A DNA stretch of 64,000 nucleotides from a virus: positions 1-64,000 of the IMG/VR virus record IMGVR_UViG_3300035670_000030; one strand, written 5' to 3'. Of this stretch, positions 19,606-28,156 are shown in pieces; position 1 is the first letter of the stretch; each line of letters begins with the position of its first letter. Both the position numbers and the translations under genes were made by a program. Below the pieces are notes generated by a model. It was not told the origin of the DNA, ran no database searches, and was given only the letters and a program-made list of their open reading frames with translations.

Positions 19606-20412
19606 CTATTTTTTTATTACATTTTGATTAGCTAGTAAACTTTTCGCAACCTCTTTCAACAAATATAGTCCATTCATATTTTGTTTATTTTTTATTATTT
19701 GCACGGCACATTCTATTATTTTTGTTCTAATTTCTTTAGAAGAGCGTACCTTATATTTACGGCATAATTTGCCACATCCATTATGAGAAAAATGAACTAA
19801 AGGAGATAATTCGAAATTTTCAATACTAGGATCACTTATAAAATTTTTGTTTATAGGTGTCATTTTACAATTATTTTTAATACCGACATTCAAGCGACCG
19901 AAATTTTCTACTATACTATATAATATGAGAAAATCTTGATCATGAAAAACTTTTAAATCCAATTCTTTAAATAGTTTAGTAAATTCTTCTATATGTTTTT
20001 CAGTGATTTCAAAAATTTGTTTAAAGAAATTATGGAACTGAGAAGGCTTACCACTCGCTAAGCATGGATTAGCGCCATTCATAAAATGTAATACATCATC
20101 TGGATCAATTGGAATAAAATTTAAGTTAATTACATCATAATCAGAAACATAAAATTTTTCTTCTTTTTGTGTCGAGTAAGCCAGCCATCTAAACCAACAT
20201 GAAAGCCCGTATTGATTTGTTGTTGAACCCATGAATTTTTTAGAATATTCTGGAGCCATATTTTTAAATTTTTCATACAATTCAGATTTCTTAGCATCTG
20301 ATTCGTTTAAAATAATAGGTTCAAAACCATGTTCTGACCAAGACTTTTCCCAAAGATCAAGCATCACCTTTTGATGTTCAAAAATATCTTCATAATATGT
20401 ATATATTTTCAT
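19606..20412 (-). CDS. putative glycosyltransferase (DxD)
   Basis: W..SW...GFEP, RWLAY, VSDYDV, HDQD. Confidence 0.55.
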   Translation of the reverse strand: MKIYTYYEDIFEHQKVMLDLWEKSWSEHGFEPIILNESDAKKSELYEKFKNMAPEYSKKFMGSTTNQYGLSCWFRWLAYSTQKEEKFYVSDYDVINLNFIPIDPDDVLHFMNGANPCLASGKPSQFHNFFKQIFEITEKHIEEFTKLFKELDLKVFHDQDFLILYSIVENFGRLNVGIKNNCKMTPINKNFISDPSIENFELSPLVHFSHNGCGKLCRKYKVRSSKEIRTKIIECAVQIIKNKQNMNGLYLLKEVAKSLLANQNVIKK

Positions 20413-21899
20413 GTTAAATTTTTAAAATTTTTATTGATATCTTCGAAAATGTAATTTAATTTATCAATGGTATCAGATTTTAATAACTTCTTATGGAAAC
20501 CTGGGGTTAAAGAGTCTTTATAAAAATCTTTAGAAGGCCAATCCCATAAATTATATATGTCATATTTTGTGACATTTTGTTTAGTGTATCTAATTTGTTT
20601 TAAAAAATTAAAAATTATATCACAAATTTTTTCTTTATTATTTATAACTTCTTCATATTGAATTATTAAATAACTCGAATTTTTATTATCATTTATAATT
20701 TTAAAATAATTTTCTAATTCATTTTTTAAATTCGCAGATTCTATTAAAACAAACTCATCTACATCTAACATTTTATATTTATTTATTTTTTCATAATAAA
20801 GCTCTTTATTTAGATTAAATGGGATTTTTTTATTTTCATTTTGTACAAAATCCACATATCGAGAAACTAAAATATCATTTGGATGTCTAATAAAAAATAG
20901 ATTTTGACAATCTATTGAATTAATAGTTTGTTTATTATTGCCAAGTAATAAATATTGTTTATATGAATCGTTTGGATCTAAATAATTATTTGTATAAACT
21001 TTACCATTAATATAGTTAGCTCCAAATTGTTTTTGAATGTTAATTATATTTTTATAAATTAAATTTGATAATACTCCATAAGGGCAATATACCCGCATTA
21101 GCGGTATGGTCGATTCATGTGACCAATTGGTACAATCTATAAAATCTAATGTTTTTTCATAAGCGTTATACAGTGACCAACCTTCTCTTCCAGTTTTTTC
21201 TTGGATTATTTTAGGTATTGTTGCTTTTGTGTCTTGATCTGTTTTATATAAATTCTTATCAAAAATTGACATTGCATACGCTAAATCTTCTTTATTCCAA
21301 TTAAGCTCATGCGCTTCATGTAAAATATTTAAATTGAATTTTTCTACTTTATATGAAAAACCTATATCAATAAGTTTTAAAAATAACCAATAATCCCAAC
21401 CAGGAACACCTATTAAATATTCTGTATTTATTCCTTCGAAATATTTAAAAGTTCCACGCGGTATTTTAAATATATCTATGCCAAATGACTCAAAATAAAA
21501 AAATTTACTTTCTTCGTAATGAGTTCGAACCCCACAAATAAAACTTTTGTTGTCTTCTAATTTCCATTTTTCAGACCATTCTTTTAAAGAATAGTCTAAA
21601 TATATATCAGAATTAATAATTATTATATCAGAATATTTAGTGAAATTAATAAAATCCATTATATTTGGACAATGTGGCTTCGACCATTGGTAAGATTGTG
21701 GCGGTATAGTACTATTAACTATTTTTAATTCTGGATAATAATTTTTTAAAATTTTACTCTCTTTCTTTGATTGTATCAATATAATTTGATTAGTATATTG
21801 TTTCCAAGAATTAATACATTTATAATTATATTCGTTTGGCTCTTTCGGAGCAAAAGATGTAAAAAATGGACATTTATCTTGATTTATTTCAAAATTCAT
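20409..21899 (-). CDS. glycosyltransferase-like N-domain fused to sulfotransferase-like C-domain
   Basis: INSDI and GVPGWDYW (GT-like); FFIRHPNDILVSRY, IIQYEE (sulfotransferase-like); start corrected to 21899 because the upstream part is a tRNA. Confidence 0.6.
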   Translation of the reverse strand: MNFEINQDKCPFFTSFAPKEPNEYNYKCINSWKQYTNQIILIQSKKESKILKNYYPELKIVNSTIPPQSYQWSKPHCPNIMDFINFTKYSDIIIINSDIYLDYSLKEWSEKWKLEDNKSFICGVRTHYEESKFFYFESFGIDIFKIPRGTFKYFEGINTEYLIGVPGWDYWLFLKLIDIGFSYKVEKFNLNILHEAHELNWNKEDLAYAMSIFDKNLYKTDQDTKATIPKIIQEKTGREGWSLYNAYEKTLDFIDCTNWSHESTIPLMRVYCPYGVLSNLIYKNIINIQKQFGANYINGKVYTNNYLDPNDSYKQYLLLGNNKQTINSIDCQNLFFIRHPNDILVSRYVDFVQNENKKIPFNLNKELYYEKINKYKMLDVDEFVLIESANLKNELENYFKIINDNKNSSYLIIQYEEVINNKEKICDIIFNFLKQIRYTKQNVTKYDIYNLWDWPSKDFYKDSLTPGFHKKLLKSDTIDKLNYIFEDINKNFKNLT

Positions 21900-21918
21900 A
21901 CTGCTATTTTTAAAAAAT

Positions 21919-22005
21919 TGGAAGAGATAGGATTCGAACCTACGGAAGCTTTTAGACTTCGAAGCTTTAGCAAAGCTCTGCCTTAAACCACTCAGCCACT
22001 CTTCC
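21919..22005 (-). tRNA. tRNA-Ser(GCT)
   Basis: GGAAGAG/CTCTTCC acceptor, GAGCT-TTGCTAA-AGCTT anticodon arm, long variable arm, GGTTCGAATCC. Confidence 0.92.
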
Positions 22006-23001
22006 TTATTGTTTAATTTCAAAGACTCCATTCCCAATAAATTTTGTTAAATTTGGATACCCACTATAACTTACGGCGCTACTAATTCCACCCCATAAAT
22101 CTGATACAAGTTTATCTAAACTCTCAAGATTATCTGGATGAATATCTTTTTCTTTGCCTTCACTGTGTCTTTCTGCAACACCTTTAGAAAGAATTTGTTG
22201 AAATTCTGAAGCTCCACCCCAAAATTTATAAAGTTCATCAATTACATGCTGTGCTTCTTTAGCATGTGCAAAATATCCACCCATCATTACATAATCCGAA
22301 CCAGCGCCAAAAGCTTTCGCGGCACAAGCTGGGTTAGCAATACCACCATCTGCCACAAGAATTAAATTACTATTATTTTCTTCAATCCAGTTGGCACATT
22401 CTTGTATTTCTGTAATTTGCCCACGATTGTAACCAGTCATTCCTTTTGTATTGCAAACACTACCACTTGCGATACCACACCTAAAGTAAATTGGGATTCC
22501 AAAATAATCAGAAAGTGTTTGATATTCTGGGAGAATACTAGAGCTATGTATATTCCCAAGCATCATTTTTTTAATTTTTTTTCCAGATTTATGAAAAACT
22601 TGAGAAGCGAATTCTAGAACTTCTGACATATATCCATTAGCAACATCAATAATAATATTGTCAACGCCTTGGTTTACAATAGCTTCTATATATTCGAGAT
22701 CTTTTAATCCAATTGAAACCCAAAGTCGTTTTTTGTCCGTATTTGGTGATTTCATGTTCGCAAATACGTTATGTATTAAATCGAATCTTTCTTTTATTGT
22801 AGAATCGAAACGATGCAAGCAAACTGTCAGCCCCAAATCAATAGCTTTATTGGCAAATATTTGCCCAATAATTGATTGCATTGGACTAACAATAATCCTT
22901 TCTAATTCTTGAGGAATTTCTTTTCTAGATTTAATTTCGGTTGGTTGTGCAATCAAATTAACATCATCATAATAAATAGATTTAGAATTTAATAGTATCA
23001 T
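22006..23001 (-). CDS. guaC: GMP reductase (IMPDH/GMPR family, no CBS domains)
   Basis: YDDV, IDVANGY, GIASGSVCNT catalytic loop, ADGGI, VMMGG, SEG. Confidence 0.8.
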   Translation of the reverse strand: MILLNSKSIYYDDVNLIAQPTEIKSRKEIPQELERIIVSPMQSIIGQIFANKAIDLGLTVCLHRFDSTIKERFDLIHNVFANMKSPNTDKKRLWVSIGLKDLEYIEAIVNQGVDNIIIDVANGYMSEVLEFASQVFHKSGKKIKKMMLGNIHSSSILPEYQTLSDYFGIPIYFRCGIASGSVCNTKGMTGYNRGQITEIQECANWIEENNSNLILVADGGIANPACAAKAFGAGSDYVMMGGYFAHAKEAQHVIDELYKFWGGASEFQQILSKGVAERHSEGKEKDIHPDNLESLDKLVSDLWGGISSAVSYSGYPNLTKFIGNGVFEIKQ

Positions 23002-23264
23002 AGAGATTTCATGGTAAGAAAATTATCATTCCACTTGACAAATTCATGAATTTCATCTGAAAGTTTTTGCTCAAAATGATCAATAAGCCATATTTCATTC
23101 TGGCCTTCTTTTTGCATTTTATTATGTGCAGCCAGCATTGAATCAGAAAGCTCTTCTTTGGGAATCGTAAGAAGCCAAAGAATTGCCTGATTATATTGTG
23201 AATCACCCAAATATCCAGACATTTGATGTTCTGTAATTTTAAATTTTTCTTTTTTATTTTTCAT
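22998..23264 (-). CDS. hypothetical protein
   Basis: ATGA-coupled to guaC. Confidence 0.7.
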   Translation of the reverse strand: MKNKKEKFKITEHQMSGYLGDSQYNQAILWLLTIPKEELSDSMLAAHNKMQKEGQNEIWLIDHFEQKLSDEIHEFVKWNDNFLTMKSL

Positions 23265-23332
23265 ACTACTTTAAAGATAATAATTATAATACAATAATAT
23301 TGATATAAAGTCAATTATATATTAAAATATTT

Positions 23333-24043
23333 ATGTCCAAATATTACAAATCAGATGAAGGATATTTTTTCTTAAAAAAGATAAATATAAAATCTGATAA
23401 AGATTTATATAAACAAGACTGCATTAACTTTTCATTTTTTAAATTTGGCGTAAAAAAGATTTTTAATTTTTATGTTAAACAGTTAGTTGGGATAATAAAG
23501 AAAGAAGTTTCTATAAATTCTGGCGAATGGGTTATTGTCTCACGCGCAAATTTTATTCATAATTATATTTCTGGTTCAATATCAGACGCGCTTACAAAAG
23601 AAATCGCTAAAAAATTAAATTTAAAACATGTTATTTCTTATCCTACAATTGATTTAAAAAATGATATTAATTATTCTAAACTAAATTCTTTTCAAGCAAG
23701 AAGTAAAGAAATTAATAAACGTAAATATTTATTACATTTTCCAGAAAACGTAAACTTAAAAAATAAAAATATAATTTTTATAGATGATATTATTAATACT
23801 GGAATTACTATTAAAACTATACATGAGTCTTTAAAAAAATACAATATTAAAAGATTTGAAGTCTTTACGATTGCAAAATTATTTACTTCGAATCCAGAGT
23901 TTGAATATAAACTATCCAGAGTAATTTTGGATAAAAAATTTAAAAATAAAAATTTAAAATTGTTAAAAAAATTATTCTCTAACTCGGAGTTAATTATAAC
24001 TCATAAATTTTTAAAAATTCTTAAAATAGAATTAAAATGGTAG
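23333..24043 (+). CDS. type I phosphoribosyltransferase-domain protein
   Basis: PRPP-binding motif IIFIDDIINTGITI. Confidence 0.8.
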   Translation: MSKYYKSDEGYFFLKKINIKSDKDLYKQDCINFSFFKFGVKKIFNFYVKQLVGIIKKEVSINSGEWVIVSRANFIHNYISGSISDALTKEIAKKLNLKHVISYPTIDLKNDINYSKLNSFQARSKEINKRKYLLHFPENVNLKNKNIIFIDDIINTGITIKTIHESLKKYNIKRFEVFTIAKLFTSNPEFEYKLSRVILDKKFKNKNLKLLKKLFSNSELIITHKFLKILKIELKW

Positions 24044-24123
24044 CGGAGGTGGGACTCGAACCCACACGGTCTTGCGACCAACGGATTTTAAGTCCGTTGT
24101 GGCTGCCATTACACCACTCCGCC
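24038..24123 (-). tRNA. tRNA-Leu(TAA), encoded CCA
   Basis: GGCGGAG/CTCCGCT acceptor, ACGGA-CTTAAAA-TCCGT, long variable arm; promoter TTGACT(24161)-17-TACATT. Confidence 0.95.
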
Positions 24124-24162
24124 ATATCTTTTAATGTACAAAAATTTGGCATCAAAGTCAAA

Positions 24163-24711
24163 TCAATTAATGAACTTTGAATAAAATTCCACATCATCAG
24201 AATCTATGTCACGACCATATTCAAATCCATTTTTTGGTTTTAAAAATTTATATGGTAGACGATACTTTATATTGAACTTATCAAAAGAAACTTCTTCATA
24301 TTTTGAATAGGAAAATTGATTTGTAACAATTATATCCATGATTTTATTTTTATCTTTTTTATCTCTAAAACTAAAAATAGGTGGATTATTTTGTAAAATT
24401 TTTCTCACAAATGCTGTAGGCTCATCTTCATATAATAAACCATAATTATTATTTAAAGCACGAACCCAATCTTTAAAATCTTTTCTTAAGATTATTAAAT
24501 CAATATCACTAATTGTACGATAAATTTTGCCAGTTTGAAAAACAAAAGCCCATGCTCCAGTTAATTTAAAATCAAGATTGTATTTTTGAGATAAAATACA
24601 AATATGTTTTAGTAAATATAAAAGATTTAAATTTAAATCATTATCTATAACATAATCTTTATATTTTACTTTTTCAATATCTTCATAAAATTTTTTAATT
24701 TCTAAACTCAT
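24163..24711 (-). CDS. Pol-beta superfamily nucleotidyltransferase
   Basis: LTGAWA...RTISDIDL; later MDII; R..D..D C-terminal motif. Confidence 0.7.
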   Translation of the reverse strand: MSLEIKKFYEDIEKVKYKDYVIDNDLNLNLLYLLKHICILSQKYNLDFKLTGAWAFVFQTGKIYRTISDIDLIILRKDFKDWVRALNNNYGLLYEDEPTAFVRKILQNNPPIFSFRDKKDKNKIMDIIVTNQFSYSKYEEVSFDKFNIKYRLPYKFLKPKNGFEYGRDIDSDDVEFYSKFIN

Positions 24712-24730
24712 TATATGTATTACAAACAAA

Positions 24731-24804
24731 CGTTCCCAGCAGGGATCGAACCTGCAACCTACAGCTTAGAAGGCTGTTGCTCTATCCAGTTGAGCTATGG
24801 GAAC
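24731..24804 (-). tRNA. tRNA-Arg(TCT)
   Basis: GTTCCCA/TGGGAAC acceptor, ACAGC-CTTCTAA-GCTGT. Confidence 0.95.
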
Positions 24805-25175
24805 AAAATCAAAATCATTCCATCGTGAATTTCTCTATGACAATTTGCACAAACCAAAATACATGGAGTATTATTTATTTCATTTTTATAATCTTCTAGT
24901 TTATTATCCCTTCCTATTCTAGAAAATTCCACAGTTTTTCCAGTTGGGTCAACATGATGAACTTCAAGCGCGGATGGACATTTATCATATCCACAACATT
25001 GACATTCGCCACCCATATATTCAATAAGCCAATATTTATTGTTGCGCCGAATGTCGCTTTTTCTCATGTTTTTACATATTTTACATTTATAATATTTTTT
25101 ATTATAAACGATTTTATTACATTCATGTTCAACTTTACCATGAATTTTACATATTTTATTTATAATTTTTTTCAT
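24795..25175 (-). CDS. HNH endonuclease inserted between tRNA genes
   Basis: CQCCGYDKC..ALEVHHVDP...CILVCANCHREIH; N-terminal C..H/C..C. Confidence 0.88.
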   Translation of the reverse strand: MKKIINKICKIHGKVEHECNKIVYNKKYYKCKICKNMRKSDIRRNNKYWLIEYMGGECQCCGYDKCPSALEVHHVDPTGKTVEFSRIGRDNKLEDYKNEINNTPCILVCANCHREIHDGMILILFP

Positions 25176-25181
25176 AAAAAC

Positions 25182-25253
25182 CTGATGCGGTAGGATTCGA
25201 ACCTACAACCAAGAAATTAACAGTTTCTCGCTCTACCATTGAGCTACGCATCA
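25182..25253 (-). tRNA. tRNA-Asn(GTT)
   Basis: TGATGCG/CGCATCA acceptor, AGAAA-CTGTTAA-TTTCT. Confidence 0.93.
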
Positions 25254-25256
25254 ATT

Positions 25257-26396
25257 CTACCTTACATTAACAATTTTTTTATGATTGTCAAGCTTTACAG
25301 TCGGTGGTTCATGAATTTCTTCTTGTTTTTCATGCTCTTCTTCTTTTTTATTTTTTGACCCGCGCATCATATAAACAATAACAGTATCTACAATTTCTAA
25401 AAGAACGGCAAGAGCAAAACAAATAACAGCAGTAATTTCCCAACGCATTAGTGCGCCAAAAGATAACTGAATAATATTTTCAGTTGAGAACTTTATGTAT
25501 TCAGGTTCTAATTTTAACTTCGAACTAATAACATTAATAGAACTATTTAAACGTATTAATGTTTCAGCTAGCTCATCAAAAGTCTGCGCTTTTGTAACTT
25601 CAACTACTATACCAGAATCTTTTCCTGTTTTTGTTAATTCATCAATAATAGTAATACCTTGTTCAAGAGATGCTTTTTCTGTTTCGTAATCTTTTGTAAT
25701 ACGATCAATTTCACGCTTTTTATTAGAATCTAATGTTTCTATAGATAAACTTGTTTCTGCTTGTTTTCTACGCCAATCAGCTTCTAATTCTTTTGCTTTA
25801 GGCCCAACTCCCATTTTACCACTTGTTGACCTGCCTTGAACTCCTTGTGTTTCATCAATAAAAGTTTGTTCTGCATCTAGAACTTGTTTATTTAATTCAG
25901 CTTTTTGATTGTTAAATTTTTGATCCGTTTGGACTAATTGTGCATTAAAATTTTGATTTAATTGAATAATATTTTTTGTAATACTATCGCGCGCCTCTTT
26001 ATCGAAGTAATTAATTTTTTCTAAAACCTCAAATTTTGTTTCCACAAGAGATTGCCTAACGCTAGTTTTGGCATAGAAACCAATAAAATCAAATATTGTT
26101 GGAAGAATACTAATAGCGATACAAAGATATGCCATTTTAAGAGTAAATTCTTTTCGTCCATAAAGAATAATTTTGACACAGTAAGGCAGGCCAACTACTG
26201 CCAGAGCTGCTAGAAAAGTCATTATCATTGGCCACCCGACAAGAATAAGACTTAAAGCGTAATATGCAAAAGCAATAGATACAGTCATTACAATACCATA
26301 AACAGTATTTAAAGCATTTGCTGCAAATTTATTATCTGTTTTAAAACCAAATAATGTAGGGAATTTTTCATCCCCCTCTTGATATGTATTAATCAT
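25257..26396 (-). CDS. membrane protein with long coiled coil (DUF4407-like)
   Basis: 3 N-terminal TM helices, coiled coil with ETQG...GVGPKA, C-terminal TM. Confidence 0.6.
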   Translation of the reverse strand: MINTYQEGDEKFPTLFGFKTDNKFAANALNTVYGIVMTVSIAFAYYALSLILVGWPMIMTFLAALAVVGLPYCVKIILYGRKEFTLKMAYLCIAISILPTIFDFIGFYAKTSVRQSLVETKFEVLEKINYFDKEARDSITKNIIQLNQNFNAQLVQTDQKFNNQKAELNKQVLDAEQTFIDETQGVQGRSTSGKMGVGPKAKELEADWRRKQAETSLSIETLDSNKKREIDRITKDYETEKASLEQGITIIDELTKTGKDSGIVVEVTKAQTFDELAETLIRLNSSINVISSKLKLEPEYIKFSTENIIQLSFGALMRWEITAVICFALAVLLEIVDTVIVYMMRGSKNKKEEEHEKQEEIHEPPTVKLDNHKKIVNVR

Positions 26397-26400
26397 TAAT

Positions 26401-26428
26401 ATAATTACACAAAATTAAGTGTAATTAT
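26401..26428. promoter_or_regulatory. back-to-back GTGTAA motifs (10-bp perfect inverted repeat)
   Basis: ATAATTACAC-8nt-GTGTAATTAT, each 8-10 nt before a divergent ATG. Confidence 0.7.
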
Positions 26429-26434
26429 GTGTTG

Positions 26435-26641
26435 ATGCCAACAATAAACGAAATATTATTATCTAATCCTCGTATATTATATACTGGAAATCAAAATTTT
26501 GAATCTGGTACTTTAGTAGGAGTATATGTTCAATTAACAGGAAGATATTCAAATAATATAGAAGAAAGACATCCTATTTTGAAAAATAATCTTACTATGG
26601 AAGGAAATTTACAATCAGGGGGATTTTCTTTTGGAAACTAA
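26435..26641 (+). CDS. hypothetical protein
   Basis: ATG 10 nt after GTGTAA; overlaps next ORF. Confidence 0.6.
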   Translation: MPTINEILLSNPRILYTGNQNFESGTLVGVYVQLTGRYSNNIEERHPILKNNLTMEGNLQSGGFSFGN

Positions 26642-28133
26642 TAACACTTTATTATCTGGCATAGTTGACTTACACTCTGGCACTCCAGATTCTGTGATTT
26701 CAGTTGGTTACGGAAAAAAAATTACTAATAACCGACGAACAAACACAAATTCAATTGTTTTTGGTGTAGAAAAAAAACTACCATTATCTGAACTTGTAGC
26801 AAGTGGTTTATATGTTGTTCCAGAAAAAATTACAATTGATGGTATTGAATATACTACAGATGTAGTTGAAACACAAGTTCCAACTTTTTTAAATTGTTCG
26901 AATTATAATCCAAGCGTCATAGGTAACGCTTTACCCCCAGAAATTTATAGACATAGAGTAAATACATCTCCTTTAAAAGGTGGTATTGTAATAAAACCAG
27001 GATCAGCTTCTTGGAGAGGAACGTTAGGTTTAATATGTGTTGATTCCGAAACAAAATGTTTTGTTGGTTTAACTAATGCGCATGTAGCTGTTTATCCAGA
27101 ACAATTTGTCTTTTATAATACTGGTTTTTATCAAACATCAAATATTTCTTGGAGATCTAAACAAGAAGTTTGTCAATTTACTGAATACCCAACACCATTT
27201 AATATTAATGGTGAATATAGTATAAATTCTATTGGTTATGTTAAAAAATTTTCTCCAGCTATTGATGGATATGTAGATTTTACAGACCAAGTCATACGTT
27301 ATCATTCGATTGATGCCGCAGTAATTTCATTAAATGAATGCGCTCCAGTAGGAAAAGGAGATCTCCCCACCCGTGGATCGCTCCCATGGAATGAAAAATA
27401 TAAAGTAATTGATTTCCAAGAATCTTTTAAACAGTTGGGTATTGATTATAATCAGCCAATGCCTTTCGCAACAACAGCTGAAATTAATTCTCTTATTGAT
27501 ATTCCAAGAAATATATACTCAGTCGGTAGAAGTACGGGAGTAAAGGGGTATGCAGGATGCAGAATAAGTATTAGTGATCTCTTTTTTGCTATTTGGGTTC
27601 AGGCTAGTCCAGAATTATATGGATATTTTTATGATTGTATTAAATATGTACCAGTTGATTCGGAATGGATTATTTATAGCGGAGACAGTGGTTCTATTTT
27701 AATAGCAGATTTTGATGGTACTTTTAAAATTATTGGATTAGTATTTGCTGGGGTAGATAGCGCAAATGGATATGGAGTAGCTTGTAGAATTGATCGGGTG
27801 GCTAGTCAATTAGGAATTGAAGCCTGGTCTAATCAAGAAAAATATTTTGCGAATAATAATGATATTAAAATTTTTGTGGAAGATTATTCCACTTTAACAG
27901 GGAACTTTAATCAATCCATTTTTGATTCTGATTGGCCTTTAAAAAAATCTATACCAAATAGTGGGGATTTTTGGTTTATGGGTTTAGCAAAAATTTCTGA
28001 TTTAACTGGGGTCGGAATTACCGGAGCGAAAACGTATGATTTTCAAAATATGGTTTCTGATCCCGTGTCTTTATCTTCTTTAGTCCAATATGAAAGCTCT
28101 TGCGCAAAAACAGATATTATATTTTCTAAATAA
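26631..28133 (+). CDS. trypsin-like (Nal1-type) serine protease
   Basis: GTLG, LTNAHV (His), IDAA (Asp), GRSTG, GDSGS (Ser); N-terminal TDVVE prodomain. Confidence 0.85.
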   Translation: METNNTLLSGIVDLHSGTPDSVISVGYGKKITNNRRTNTNSIVFGVEKKLPLSELVASGLYVVPEKITIDGIEYTTDVVETQVPTFLNCSNYNPSVIGNALPPEIYRHRVNTSPLKGGIVIKPGSASWRGTLGLICVDSETKCFVGLTNAHVAVYPEQFVFYNTGFYQTSNISWRSKQEVCQFTEYPTPFNINGEYSINSIGYVKKFSPAIDGYVDFTDQVIRYHSIDAAVISLNECAPVGKGDLPTRGSLPWNEKYKVIDFQESFKQLGIDYNQPMPFATTAEINSLIDIPRNIYSVGRSTGVKGYAGCRISISDLFFAIWVQASPELYGYFYDCIKYVPVDSEWIIYSGDSGSILIADFDGTFKIIGLVFAGVDSANGYGVACRIDRVASQLGIEAWSNQEKYFANNNDIKIFVEDYSTLTGNFNQSIFDSDWPLKKSIPNSGDFWFMGLAKISDLTGVGITGAKTYDFQNMVSDPVSLSSLVQYESSCAKTDIIFSK

Positions 28134-28156
28134 TAAAAATAAGTGTAATATAAAAT

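Noticed and set aside
21900-22037. N-terminal 46 aa of ORF 20409-22037
   Set aside because: It is a read-through of the tRNA-Ser gene; the real start is more likely ATG 21899
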